IMG/VR virus record: IMGVR_UViG_3300042868_005645
Location: 1 to 55,223 of that record
Strand: one strand, 5' to 3'
Source of the DNA: a virus
Taxonomy: Duplodnaviria > Caudoviricetes
DNA length: 55,223 nucleotides
Positions 1 to 8,257 of the stretch are shown here, piece after piece (position 1 is the stretch's first letter; each line of letters begins with the position of its first letter). The notes beneath the pieces were generated by a model. The model did not search any database. It was not told where the DNA came from and worked only from the letters and a program-made list of their open reading frames with translations. The translations under genes were made by a program, and so were the position numbers.

Positions 1-67
1 ACGTGGGTTCGAACAGACATGCTGGGGGTGGACGTGGAGAGTGCCTGTCATTTCTAGAACCTGAAAA

Positions 68-134
68 ACCTGGTTGACAAAGTGGTTGTAGACGAAAAAC
101 AACACGAATCAAAGACCTGGTTGACAAAGTGGTT
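68..134 (+). repeat. 20-bp direct repeat ACCTGGTTGACAAAGTGGTT (2 copies)
   Basis: Exact copies at 68-87 and 115-134. Confidence 0.9.
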
Positions 135-143
135 ATTGCAGAG

Positions 144-195
144 TTATCCACAGGTTATCCACAGCCAAGAAAAAGTTATCCACAGGATATCCACA
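144..195 (+). promoter_or_regulatory. Cluster of DnaA boxes (TTATCCACA x3, ATATCCACA x1)
   Basis: Perfect consensus at 144-152, 155-163 and 176-184; one mismatch at 187-195; all in the same orientation. Confidence 0.8.
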
Positions 196-202
196 ATGGA
201 AA

Positions 203-504
203 ACCGGTAGAGACCGCTTTGACTTTAGGGTCTTTGAATTTTCAGACACTGTGGCTCTATTACAACAGCGTAATAGGTCTAGGTTGACAGGGTCAGAGGG
301 CCCGCACCGGTAGCGACCGGTCAGCATGTAGACACATTACCGGTCGGCACCGGTTACAGTTTAACTAGAATACCGGTAACTACCGGTTATTTTAGACACG
401 ATTTCCCACTATACCGGTCGGTACCGAACCACTCGTTACCGGTTATATGTGGCATTTTCACTACGATTTTATATGGTTTTGAAACGATACCGGTTGACAC
501 CGAT
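203..504. repeat. Array of ACCGGT-N4-ACCGGT dyads (iteron-like)
   Basis: ACCGGT at 203, 306, 316, 339, 349, 372, 382, 413, 438 and 489; degenerate partners 10 bp away at 213, 423, 428 and 499. Confidence 0.85.
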
Positions 505-540
505 GAGAGGCATAGTTCAAATACTCGCCCCTACTCTCTG

Positions 541-750
541 CTATTCGCCCCGTCTACGACTCTCACGCTTGATGGCCTCTACTTCTTGTCGCACACTCAT
601 GTCCATTCTGCTCCAACGTATGATCATTGATGCCAACTTGCCTGCTACCCATACCCAACGACCCTTTTCAGTGGTGTATCTACCAGGCGCTAGACGTAGC
701 AGTGCTGACACCAATTCAATGCTTGCACGACGATGTTCTTCTTGACTCAT
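541..750 (-). CDS. hypothetical protein
   Basis: 69-aa ORF with a TAAATA motif 5 nt before the ATG. Confidence 0.55.
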   Translation of the reverse strand: MSQEEHRRASIELVSALLRLAPGRYTTEKGRWVWVAGKLASMIIRWSRMDMSVRQEVEAIKRESRRRGE

Positions 751-782
751 GCACGTATTTACAGGAAATCTAGGCTTTCGCG

Positions 783-1151
783 CAGCGGGGCCTAACCATG
801 TATGAAGGTCTGTGACCGTAAGCCAGTGTTCTATGTGTAAAACCCCAGGACCGCACAGCGGGGCCTAATGCTCTTATATGTGTCTGAGAGGATCTCTGCT
901 GTGCAGGAGACTCCTTATGCGTATATGCTTACGCAATGAGTCCGGTCACTAGGTCGGCGTTGGGATCTACAGCATCACAGCAGTCACCATAGCGTAACAT
1001 GAACTCAGTGTGCAGTTTATTGTTGATATCCAATGTGAATCTAGTACGGTTCAAGTGTACACTGTAAGCGATATTGTGCATGCCTAGCCATGAAAGTACC
1101 TGTGTAAACTTAGAATTTTCTGTTAAAATGTAATACTGCACAGCGGGGCCT
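783..1151 (+). repeat. CAGCGGGGCCT dispersed repeat (3 copies)
   Basis: Copies at 783-793, 856-866 and 1141-1151. Confidence 0.75.
929..1141 (-). CDS. hypothetical protein
   Basis: 3' part of ORF 929..1216; GTG at 1141 is the probable start. Confidence 0.55.
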   Translation of the reverse strand: MQYYILTENSKFTQVLSWLGMHNIAYSVHLNRTRFTLDINNKLHTEFMLRYGDCCDAVDPNADLVTGLIA

Positions 1152-1161
1152 TGAGTGCAGA

Positions 1162-1329
1162 TCACTTGTCCATGAACACAAACATAGTGACTACGCAAAA
1201 CACCACCACAAACCACAGTGCATATTCAGCCCATGCCTGTTGTTCCTCTTCAGTGGGCTCATGTTCATCACAGACTTTCTTCCAACCAAATTCTTCACTG
1301 CGATCCTGTTCCTCATTGTATTTTACCAT
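1162..1329 (-). CDS. small membrane protein
   Basis: AAGGAG SD before ATG 1329; C-terminal hydrophobic helix. Confidence 0.6.
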   Translation of the reverse strand: MVKYNEEQDRSEEFGWKKVCDEHEPTEEEQQAWAEYALWFVVVFCVVTMFVFMDK

Positions 1330-1460
1330 TGTGTGTTCTCCTTTATACACAGTGTACTTAGTGCAGTTTCAGTGTGGGAGGCCAAAAAAAACCGCGGCGC
1401 TGCCGCTCTGCGGCTATCAGGACTCTTGGCTCCGGACCAAAATGTCGGATAACTACACAT

Positions 1461-2114
1461 ATGATACAACTGTTACCTGCCACTAATACTGTTAGCACTG
1501 AATATCGATTAAACTCGTTGGGATATAGATGCTGTGAGTTCACTAGAGAGTCATTTGATAGCACATGGCTGTTTGGCTGTAGTTATGCCTTTGGTTGGGC
1601 TGTTGCGGAGGAACATACTGTTGGCTATCAGTTGAGCGAGTTATTAGGGGAACCAGTGCTGAATCTAGGGCAAGGTGGCACCAGTATACGCTATCAGGTG
1701 GATCAGTTTGCGTTGTTATTATCACAGGGTTTGCGTCCTCGTCGTGTTGCTGTGATATGGCCCGATCCCAGTCGTTGCACATGGATAGGATCGCAGGGCA
1801 GGCTTCAGCCTAGACTCAGTCAACAACTGCGCTTGGCACATGCAGAGGATGAAGTATATGTTAATACCAGGGCACACTTGGATATACAACAGTTTAGACT
1901 ATTATGTCAGTTCGTGGGTGTTGCCAGTGCAGAACTAACTTGGAGTACGCATACACAGGCTGTGACGTCGGGACCTAAGGGTTTTGAAGATCCTGTATCG
2001 TGGAGTTATCCTGAACTGGATCTGGGTTGGGATCAACAACATCCTGGGCATTTGAGTCATAGGGTGGCCGCCGAAGAGATTGTCCTACAGTTTCAGGGTG
2101 TCAATGTGCCATGA
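1461..2114 (+). CDS. SGNH/GDSL-hydrolase-like protein
   Basis: NSLGYR, FGCSYAFG, NLGQGG and terminal HPG motifs; paralog of 43510..44211. Confidence 0.6.
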   Translation: MIQLLPATNTVSTEYRLNSLGYRCCEFTRESFDSTWLFGCSYAFGWAVAEEHTVGYQLSELLGEPVLNLGQGGTSIRYQVDQFALLLSQGLRPRRVAVIWPDPSRCTWIGSQGRLQPRLSQQLRLAHAEDEVYVNTRAHLDIQQFRLLCQFVGVASAELTWSTHTQAVTSGPKGFEDPVSWSYPELDLGWDQQHPGHLSHRVAAEEIVLQFQGVNVP

Positions 2115-2308
2115 AAGCCTTGTGTTATCGTGCAAGACTGCACACACCCTGGGACGACCACTGCTACAATCTCATGATTAAATTGGGAGGGTGGAGCACC
2201 ATAGGCATCATCACCATAGACTACTATGTGCCTGAAGATCGCAGTTTTTTGTTGGTGTTGAGTCATCCTGAGTTAGAACGGCGTGAGAGTCAAGACTATA
2301 TTATTTGA
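2111..2308 (+). CDS. hypothetical protein
   Basis: ATGA overlap with the upstream gene. Confidence 0.55.
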   Translation: MKALCYRARLHTPWDDHCYNLMIKLGGWSTIGIITIDYYVPEDRSFLLVLSHPELERRESQDYII

Positions 2309-2332
2309 CGAGGTCACAGTGTAAATACCTGC

Positions 2333-3370
2333 ATGAATGAATTCTTTAGACCTACATATAATGAAGCCCAGGGACCACAGCGTATTGCCAGCCAAACAAG
2401 ACCCTGGCACTTGCCGGAACTCACAGTCTACATCACAGATAGTTGTAGCCTGAGTTGCCAAGGTTGCATTACCTATAACAACTATGCCCTGGGTGGGCAC
2501 CTTGAGTTAACAGAGCAAGTTCGAAGTCGCATGTCTGCATGGGCACAGACTGTAAGTGCAGACAGACTCTACATCATAGGCGGAGAACCTTTGAGCCATC
2601 CTGATTTGGCTCTGTGGATGAACTTCGTCGCTGAACTATGGCCCAAGAGTCGTTGGACCGTGGTCACCAATGGGCGAGGCCTAGAACAGCGTAGTCAAGA
2701 AGTGGCTGGTTGGTTAGAACAGGGTTGGGATTTAGAAATATCCAGCCATAGTGAGGCGGATTACACCACAGCACGAGCCTGGTGGTCAAGCATGGTGACA
2801 GAGTTAGCAGACAGGGTCAAACATGGTCAAGAACGTGACCGTCATGGAGTCACAGAGTATTGGTTAGACAGTGAGGGTAGGCCCATGATGCAGATTGGCC
2901 TAAGGGATCACTTCTATGCGCCCACGCACACAGTAACAGATCGGGGCACACTGGCATGGAATCCATTAACATCACCCAAGTCTACCCACAGAAATTGTGA
3001 CGCCAAAGCGTGTACACATTTGGTCAACGGTGTTATGTATCGCTGTCCTGTGCAGGCTACCTTGCCCAGACTCAGTGAGCGTTACACTATAGAAGGTGTT
3101 GCTGGTGAGATAGCCAGCAAGGATTTGGGCTACGATCCACTCAAGCCCAGGATGTCTTTGAGCACATGGATGTCAATGTTAACCTCCAGCACTGAGCAGT
3201 GCAGACTCTGCGAGTGGCCCAGGGCAATGACAGCCCTAGGCGACCCAACAGCAAAGAAAATTAAGTTAATTCGAAGAGTTAACCCAGATAGTCCAACCAC
3301 TGCTCTGGAACACCCTGCCAACCTTGACGGCGACGAGCACTGGCCAGAGCCCAGTAATCAGGCTTCGTAG
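2333..3370 (+). CDS. radical SAM protein
   Basis: CxxxCxxC (CSLSCQGC), GGEP and TNG motifs; C-terminal Cys cluster. Confidence 0.85.
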   Translation: MNEFFRPTYNEAQGPQRIASQTRPWHLPELTVYITDSCSLSCQGCITYNNYALGGHLELTEQVRSRMSAWAQTVSADRLYIIGGEPLSHPDLALWMNFVAELWPKSRWTVVTNGRGLEQRSQEVAGWLEQGWDLEISSHSEADYTTARAWWSSMVTELADRVKHGQERDRHGVTEYWLDSEGRPMMQIGLRDHFYAPTHTVTDRGTLAWNPLTSPKSTHRNCDAKACTHLVNGVMYRCPVQATLPRLSERYTIEGVAGEIASKDLGYDPLKPRMSLSTWMSMLTSSTEQCRLCEWPRAMTALGDPTAKKIKLIRRVNPDSPTTALEHPANLDGDEHWPEPSNQAS

Positions 3371-3791
3371 GCTTGGTACGGGGCACAATCTTTTTGTTGT
3401 TGCCCTTGCTGGCATTACATGGACCACAGGCAGTGACACAGTTGGTAAACGTAGTCTTACCGCCGTGACTTACTGGTAGTACGTGGTCCACAGTGGCATT
3501 ACGTCGATCCACTGCACAGCCACAGTATTGGCAACTCCAGTTATCGCGCAGGAACAAATTGCCCTTAGAGAAACGCACAGTGCTCTTGGGTTTTTGGCGA
3601 TCATGCAACATCATCACAGCAGGCACAGCAGTTTCCCAACGTGCTGAACGTACGATCCAAGAGTCGTAGTAACTCAATACATAGGCCTTGTCCAAGACCA
3701 TGTATTTGATTGCATCTTCCCAACTTAGTGTGCTCAAAGGCAAGTAACTAACTGGTTGTGCGTCTGTATTGAGTAATAGTGTAGTGCTCAT
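3279..3791 (-). CDS. HNH endonuclease
   Basis: RDNWSCQYCG...TVDHVLPVSHGG...CNASKGN; start set by the upstream promoter. Confidence 0.9.
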   Translation of the reverse strand: MSTTLLLNTDAQPVSYLPLSTLSWEDAIKYMVLDKAYVLSYYDSWIVRSARWETAVPAVMMLHDRQKPKSTVRFSKGNLFLRDNWSCQYCGCAVDRRNATVDHVLPVSHGGKTTFTNCVTACGPCNASKGNNKKIVPRTKPTKPDYWALASARRRQGWQGVPEQWLDYLG

Positions 3792-3801
3792 AATGTTGTC
3801 A

Positions 3802-3830
3802 ATTATACTAGATTTCGAAGAGTTTGTCAA
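3802..3830 (-). promoter_or_regulatory. sigma70-type promoter
   Basis: TTGACA-17-TATAAT on the minus strand. Confidence 0.8.
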
Positions 3831-4347
3831 CTGCTTGTTGTGTGGCTGAATCCAAGGCTTGATGCCAAACCACTTCAGGTCTACGACGATCCCAAAGTAA
3901 TTCTTCTTGAAAATCGGTGACCATCCAACCTGCACTGTCTTTGAGTTCGCGATCCAATTGTCCCGGAGCCCATCCTGAATAGCCCAACATCAAACGCCAA
4001 TTTTCAGGTTCGTCACCTCTGCTCAGTCTGGTCAACATGCTGACATGACTGCTCAAAGATATATTACTGTGCGTGACTAACTGTGTATTGGCTGTACGCC
4101 ATTCCGTAGTGTGTGCTAGTATTAGCGCACTGGGATTTACAGGTCCGCCTACAAATAAAGGCACATTGGTTCGCCAAGCAATATTGTGATGTTCAGCCAG
4201 GTCGCCGCAGTTCTTGGCACTGGGTTTGTTGATGATTAAGCCAGCATAATTATCTTGGTTACATTCGTATAACCAAATAACTGTCTTACTCCAGAAAGGA
4301 TCTTTCTGGTTGGGGGTTGCAACCAGAAGTTTGCCCAAGTACTGCAT
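3808..4347 (-). CDS. YqgE/AlgH (UPF0301) family protein
   Basis: GKLLVATP...GLIINKP...GGPV...GYSGWAPGQLDREL. Confidence 0.85.
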   Translation of the reverse strand: MQYLGKLLVATPNQKDPFWSKTVIWLYECNQDNYAGLIINKPSAKNCGDLAEHHNIAWRTNVPLFVGGPVNPSALILAHTTEWRTANTQLVTHSNISLSSHVSMLTRLSRGDEPENWRLMLGYSGWAPGQLDRELKDSAGWMVTDFQEELLWDRRRPEVVWHQALDSATQQAVDKLFEI

Positions 4348-4349
4348 GA

Positions 4350-4586
4350 TTAACTGTAATCAGGTAATGGGCCGCCATATTTTTTGCCTTTGATCTTCTT
4401 ACCGCCTACGGTGATTCTTTTCTTGCCCACTAAGTGGCTTTTCTTTCCGTCGCGACTGCGAAGACCCTGGCTCTTACAACTGGCGAGGTTAGACGCCCCT
4501 AGTTCGTCATCGGGCTTGGTACTGACGCAGAGTTTCCTAGAGGCTTTCTCTAATGCCAGTCCTTCTGTGATATCTTTGATCTTCAT
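4350..4586 (-). CDS. small basic hypothetical protein, possibly virion-internal
   Basis: TATAAATA upstream; MKIKDITE N-terminus. Confidence 0.7.
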   Translation of the reverse strand: MKIKDITEGLALEKASRKLCVSTKPDDELGASNLASCKSQGLRSRDGKKSHLVGKKRITVGGKKIKGKKYGGPLPDYS

Positions 4587-4590
4587 ATGT

Positions 4591-5424
4591 TTATTTATAC
4601 TGAGTGTCTAACCAATTGTAAACAGTGAGCCAGTCACGTGATCCTATGGTGCTTTTTAGTTTAGTTAAGTCAGCACAGGTATGGGTGCGGAACGAGTGCG
4701 GATCTGGTATGGATTCATAATCAATGACTGCTCCTTCACGCTCTGCAATGTCTTCGGCAATTTCTAAAAATGTATAGGCCTGCCCTGAGCCCACGTTCCA
4801 GATGCCCGAGCCGTTGACTGTTTCAATGAAGTCTGTATGCAAGCGACAAACATCGCCTACCCAGGTAAAGTCCCTGCGTAGGTTGTCAGCACCTCGATAC
4901 ACTGTGACCCGGCCATGCTGTTGTGCCTCTTTGATCCATTTGTCAATAACGTTGGCTCTGCTGCCACGCAGGGCCATGCGTTCACCGTAGACATTGAAGT
5001 AGCGAAAGCCCTGCACCATGATGTTCAAGGGCTGATCAAACACCCAACGGTCAAATAGATACTTGCTCCAAGCATAGGGGTTGTCTGGATGGCACATGGC
5101 AAACTCTGTGAAGTCTTTACTGCGTCCATAGACACTACTGGTGCTGGCATACTGTAGGTGTACCCCTAACTGGTTACATTCTGTAAACAGCCAACGGCTA
5201 AAGTCATAGTTCTGTTTAAGACACTTTTCCACGTCAGTCTCAGTGATATCTGCTACTGCGCCAAGATGTATGACCCAGTCATAGAGATCCACTCTGGGCC
5301 AATTATCAGGATTAGGATCCCAGTCCCAGCCTTCTACAATGTAACCTTGCCCTTGGCACCACAGCATCATGTTGGTGCCAATAAAGCCTTTATGGCCAGT
5401 GATTAATATTTTGGTTCGCTTCAT
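4591..5424 (-). CDS. NAD-dependent epimerase, ADP-L-glycero-D-manno-heptose 6-epimerase-like
   Basis: TGHKGFIG, YASTSSVYG, YAWSK and FRYFNVYG motifs. Confidence 0.8.
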   Translation of the reverse strand: MKRTKILITGHKGFIGTNMMLWCQGQGYIVEGWDWDPNPDNWPRVDLYDWVIHLGAVADITETDVEKCLKQNYDFSRWLFTECNQLGVHLQYASTSSVYGRSKDFTEFAMCHPDNPYAWSKYLFDRWVFDQPLNIMVQGFRYFNVYGERMALRGSRANVIDKWIKEAQQHGRVTVYRGADNLRRDFTWVGDVCRLHTDFIETVNGSGIWNVGSGQAYTFLEIAEDIAEREGAVIDYESIPDPHSFRTHTCADLTKLKSTIGSRDWLTVYNWLDTQYK

Positions 5425-5975
5425 TAAGGTATACCTTGCTCAATGGTGTGCATGATATCTTTTTGGAGTGTGTTGTTGTACACAGTTTTTTGAGTTATAG
5501 GCCCGGCAATGGGCACAATCTGATCAGCAGTGACTTTGACCACTACACCGTCGCCCAAGGCAGTATGATTGGCCAAAATAGTAGCACGATCCAAAACAAA
5601 TACTCCGTCTTTCATAGGCACAATTATGATATCTGCAACATCCTGTGCAGACAGTGCTCGATTATTGGTGCCCATGCTGTTATTGAGTTTGATAGAATAG
5701 TTCTTGCGATACTTGCCTTTTTTGGTGTACATACTGGCAGTCATATTGCTTTTGAGTTCGATATCGATGCCATGCCTGCTCCAAACAAAGTCCTTGTGAA
5801 CTTCGCCTACGTATTTGAGTTTAGGATCATTGCTGTGTTTTTCCACAGTCTTTTCAATGATTAGCCCTTTGAGAAAACGCCATTGGGCATCGTTGAAATC
5901 GTCCAAACTGTTACCAAAATCTATGATAGTTTGCCAATCCCATTGCTTGATGTCCGTGATAATTTGGTTATTCAT
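5424..5975 (-). CDS. hypothetical protein, possible PD-(D/E)XK nuclease fold
   Basis: KDF...IELKS pattern; weak. Confidence 0.5.
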   Translation of the reverse strand: MNNQIITDIKQWDWQTIIDFGNSLDDFNDAQWRFLKGLIIEKTVEKHSNDPKLKYVGEVHKDFVWSRHGIDIELKSNMTASMYTKKGKYRKNYSIKLNNSMGTNNRALSAQDVADIIIVPMKDGVFVLDRATILANHTALGDGVVVKVTADQIVPIAGPITQKTVYNNTLQKDIMHTIEQGIP

Positions 5976-5988
5976 TTAACGATCCTTG

Positions 5989-6017
5989 TTGACAAACTTT
6001 GGTGTTTGTATTATAAT
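5989..6017 (+). promoter_or_regulatory. sigma70-type early promoter
   Basis: TTGACA-17-TATAAT. Confidence 0.85.
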
Positions 6018-6048
6018 TATACTATCGACAACGACTAGAGAGCAATCT

Positions 6049-6240
6049 ATGAAACTACTTTCGGCAATATTAATTGTTATTACACTTTCAGGCTGTGCCA
6101 GCACAGAGTGGATGACAGCGGACGAACGACATGGTTATAAGCCGTGGGATCCATGCGTTCGTTGTGGTGAGAAGATTATGCAGATTCCTAACAGTCCTTT
6201 TGAAGCACAAATACGTAGAGCAAATGGGGAGCGTTGGTAA
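6049..6240 (+). CDS. small lipoprotein
   Basis: Signal peptide with LSGC lipobox. Confidence 0.7.
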   Translation: MKLLSAILIVITLSGCASTEWMTADERHGYKPWDPCVRCGEKIMQIPNSPFEAQIRRANGERW

Positions 6241-6569
6241 TGGAAGCCGTCAAAGAAATCACAGCGTGGAAGGATGGCACTACAGCCAACCACACCTACT
6301 TGCTGGACGGCAACAATCTAGTTGCCTACATTAAGAAAGGTGAACAGACGCCCTACTACTTTAAGAGCCCAATCAAAGGCTTTTCAAAGACGGGTCGTAA
6401 ATTTGAAACTTTGAAAAAGAATCCTTTCAAGGTCGAGGTTAAGAGTGAATTGCGTGAAGTCAAGGGCAGTAAAGGCAACAGTTATTTTGTAGATGACGAA
6501 GCCCATACCTGCACTTGCCCAGGATTCACATTTAGAGGTTCATGTAAACATATAGGAGTTGAACAATGA
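6240..6569 (+). CDS. SWIM zinc-finger protein
   Basis: C-terminal CTCPGFTFRGSCKH. Confidence 0.75.
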   Translation: MEAVKEITAWKDGTTANHTYLLDGNNLVAYIKKGEQTPYYFKSPIKGFSKTGRKFETLKKNPFKVEVKSELREVKGSKGNSYFVDDEAHTCTCPGFTFRGSCKHIGVEQ

Positions 6570-6742
6570 AAGATAAATTTTTTGTATGGTTTGGTCGTAA
6601 CCGTAAAACGATTGGATACACTATCGGTGGAGCGAACCTATTGGTTGCATTGAGTCATTTGATTCAAGGCCAATACGGTTTGATGTTGCTGTGGTTGGTC
6701 ATTGGGTTTATGATTATGTTTGATACATGGGAGTTCAAATGA
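6566..6742 (+). CDS. small membrane protein (58 aa, not in ORF track)
   Basis: AGGAG SD; ATGA overlaps at both ends; MKDKFFVWFGRNRK... Confidence 0.65.
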   Translation: MKDKFFVWFGRNRKTIGYTIGGANLLVALSHLIQGQYGLMLLWLVIGFMIMFDTWEFK

Positions 6743-6975
6743 TCGAAGTTTTATTTGCATTGATGATGGTGTCCAAAGCACCAGCCATGCCAGACCAACA
6801 AGTGGCGGTGTTTACTTCTAGAGCACAGTGTATGGCAGAAGCACAGAACATTATCCAACAAGGCCCTAGTGCCTACTGTGTGCCGGTTAACCAACAACCT
6901 AGTCCTGAAGAAGCAATTCGTAGAATGACTAGTTTGATGCAAACTATGATGAAAGAAATGGACAATGTCCGCTAA
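6739..6975 (+). CDS. hypothetical protein
   Basis: Translationally coupled ORF. Confidence 0.6.
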   Translation: MIEVLFALMMVSKAPAMPDQQVAVFTSRAQCMAEAQNIIQQGPSAYCVPVNQQPSPEEAIRRMTSLMQTMMKEMDNVR

Positions 6976-7288
6976 GTTGTATGTTGCCTATTGGGATAAC
7001 CTAGGCTTTGAATGTATTTTGGATGTGACCAGTTACGATAAAAAGGCCATGTGGGCCGCACTAAGTGACAAGTCTGTACCAAATGAAATACCGTTGCATC
7101 AAATGATTATGCGAGCCAAATTCAATCCACAACGCTTTCCAGAAATTTGGACGTTTCAATCAGAGGTTGACTTAAAGACATTAATCAAGTACAGTAAGGA
7201 CTTGCCGCAGGAGTTAGTGGACCTGATCCGTGAACATGGCACTAAAGTTTATGTAACGCACAGAGACAAAAACACTGTTATCGTTTAA
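6965..7288 (+). CDS. hypothetical protein
   Basis: 107-aa ORF in an operon. Confidence 0.7.
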   Translation: MSAKLYVAYWDNLGFECILDVTSYDKKAMWAALSDKSVPNEIPLHQMIMRAKFNPQRFPEIWTFQSEVDLKTLIKYSKDLPQELVDLIREHGTKVYVTHRDKNTVIV

Positions 7289-7308
7289 CCTTCATAAGGA
7301 CATTTAAG

Positions 7309-7542
7309 ATGTTTGATACCCCCAATGCCAATGTTTATCGTTTGATAGACAGAAAAGCAGAACAGTCTTCACAAGAACATTATCGAGTTGGTTGCACCAC
7401 TGACGGCAAGACCACACTGACAATGATTGGTGAAGACTGCGTTACAATGACGCTGACAATGAACAAAGAATCCTGCGAGCAGATGATTCGTATGCTTCGT
7501 GCAACATACCCCGCAACCGATATCAAGGAACACAACAAATGA
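7309..7542 (+). CDS. hypothetical protein
   Basis: AAGGA SD. Confidence 0.65.
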   Translation: MFDTPNANVYRLIDRKAEQSSQEHYRVGCTTDGKTTLTMIGEDCVTMTLTMNKESCEQMIRMLRATYPATDIKEHNK

Positions 7543-8075
7543 TTACTATTAAAGAATGGATGGAACTGGTAGACTATCGTATTACCGAAGGCAGTAACTA
7601 CTGCTGGCAGTGTTATGGCGACAATGCCTACACACTAGACTCATGGAATGGTGACCACGAAGGTCATAGTTTCAGCATCGTCTTTGACGCCAAAGACCAA
7701 ACTGTCTATGAAGTGCAAGCCCATGACTATCTGCACAATCGTGCCTACCGCATGATCAATGAAGACTTTCAAAAGAAAATGCGCAAGGAATCCAAGCGTC
7801 GCGATGTTGACAAAGACCAAGCATGGGACGATGTCAACTACATTGATTTGGATGTAGACGATGACTTTATCCAAAAGTGTTTGGCTATTCGCGAAGGCGA
7901 GGACTACGACACACGGGTCCTCATGCCTGTGGAGTTCTCAGACGAAGACCTTTTGAAATATATGAAAATGGCACATGAACGTGACATTACATTTAACCAA
8001 TTGGTAGAACAGGCCCTACTCACAGCCATTGAAGAACACAAACTTGGGATTGGGCCGGATCGTGGAATGGACTAA
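7539..8075 (+). CDS. hypothetical protein, paralog of 18737..19135
   Basis: Shared YxWxC(Y/F)GxNA...FD...VY...A(Y/W)R motifs. Confidence 0.75.
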   Translation: MITIKEWMELVDYRITEGSNYCWQCYGDNAYTLDSWNGDHEGHSFSIVFDAKDQTVYEVQAHDYLHNRAYRMINEDFQKKMRKESKRRDVDKDQAWDDVNYIDLDVDDDFIQKCLAIREGEDYDTRVLMPVEFSDEDLLKYMKMAHERDITFNQLVEQALLTAIEEHKLGIGPDRGMD

Positions 8076-8208
8076 ACTTGATTGGTTTGTTTTGGGTTTG
8101 GCCATAGGTTTATTTTGGCTTCCAGTTTGGCGAATTGGCAAACGAATTGTGGAAGAAGCCAAAATAGCCAAAAAAGAATGGCGACAACCTGTTGACAAAG
8201 ACCGCTGA
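8062..8208 (+). CDS. small membrane protein (48 aa)
   Basis: GTG-start ORF MEWTKLDWFVLGLAIGLFWLPVWR... filling the gap. Confidence 0.45.
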   Translation: MEWTKLDWFVLGLAIGLFWLPVWRIGKRIVEEAKIAKKEWRQPVDKDR

Positions 8209-8220
8209 TGGTTGTATAAT
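8192..8220 (+). promoter_or_regulatory. sigma70-type promoter for rIIA
   Basis: TTGACA-17-TATAAT. Confidence 0.85.
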
Positions 8221-8257
8221 AATACTATTGCAACAACACACACAGAGGGCGACACAC

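Noticed and set aside
1-20. GGTTCGAAC resembling a tRNA T-loop
   Set aside because: The flanks do not form a T-stem and no acceptor stem or CCA follows
133-327. 64-aa ORF over the DnaA boxes
   Set aside because: VDN/WIT residues are just the translation of DnaA-box repeats; no RBS
203-504. ACCGGT array as a CRISPR array
   Set aside because: Repeats are only 6-16 bp with about 17-bp gaps, and there are no cas genes; the Cas4-like nuclease at 31458 is a common stand-alone phage exonuclease
8192-8257. TTG start for rIIA, and similar upstream extensions at 3935, 13418, 41573 and 46028
   Set aside because: The extensions run through consensus promoters; the downstream ATGs are better supported
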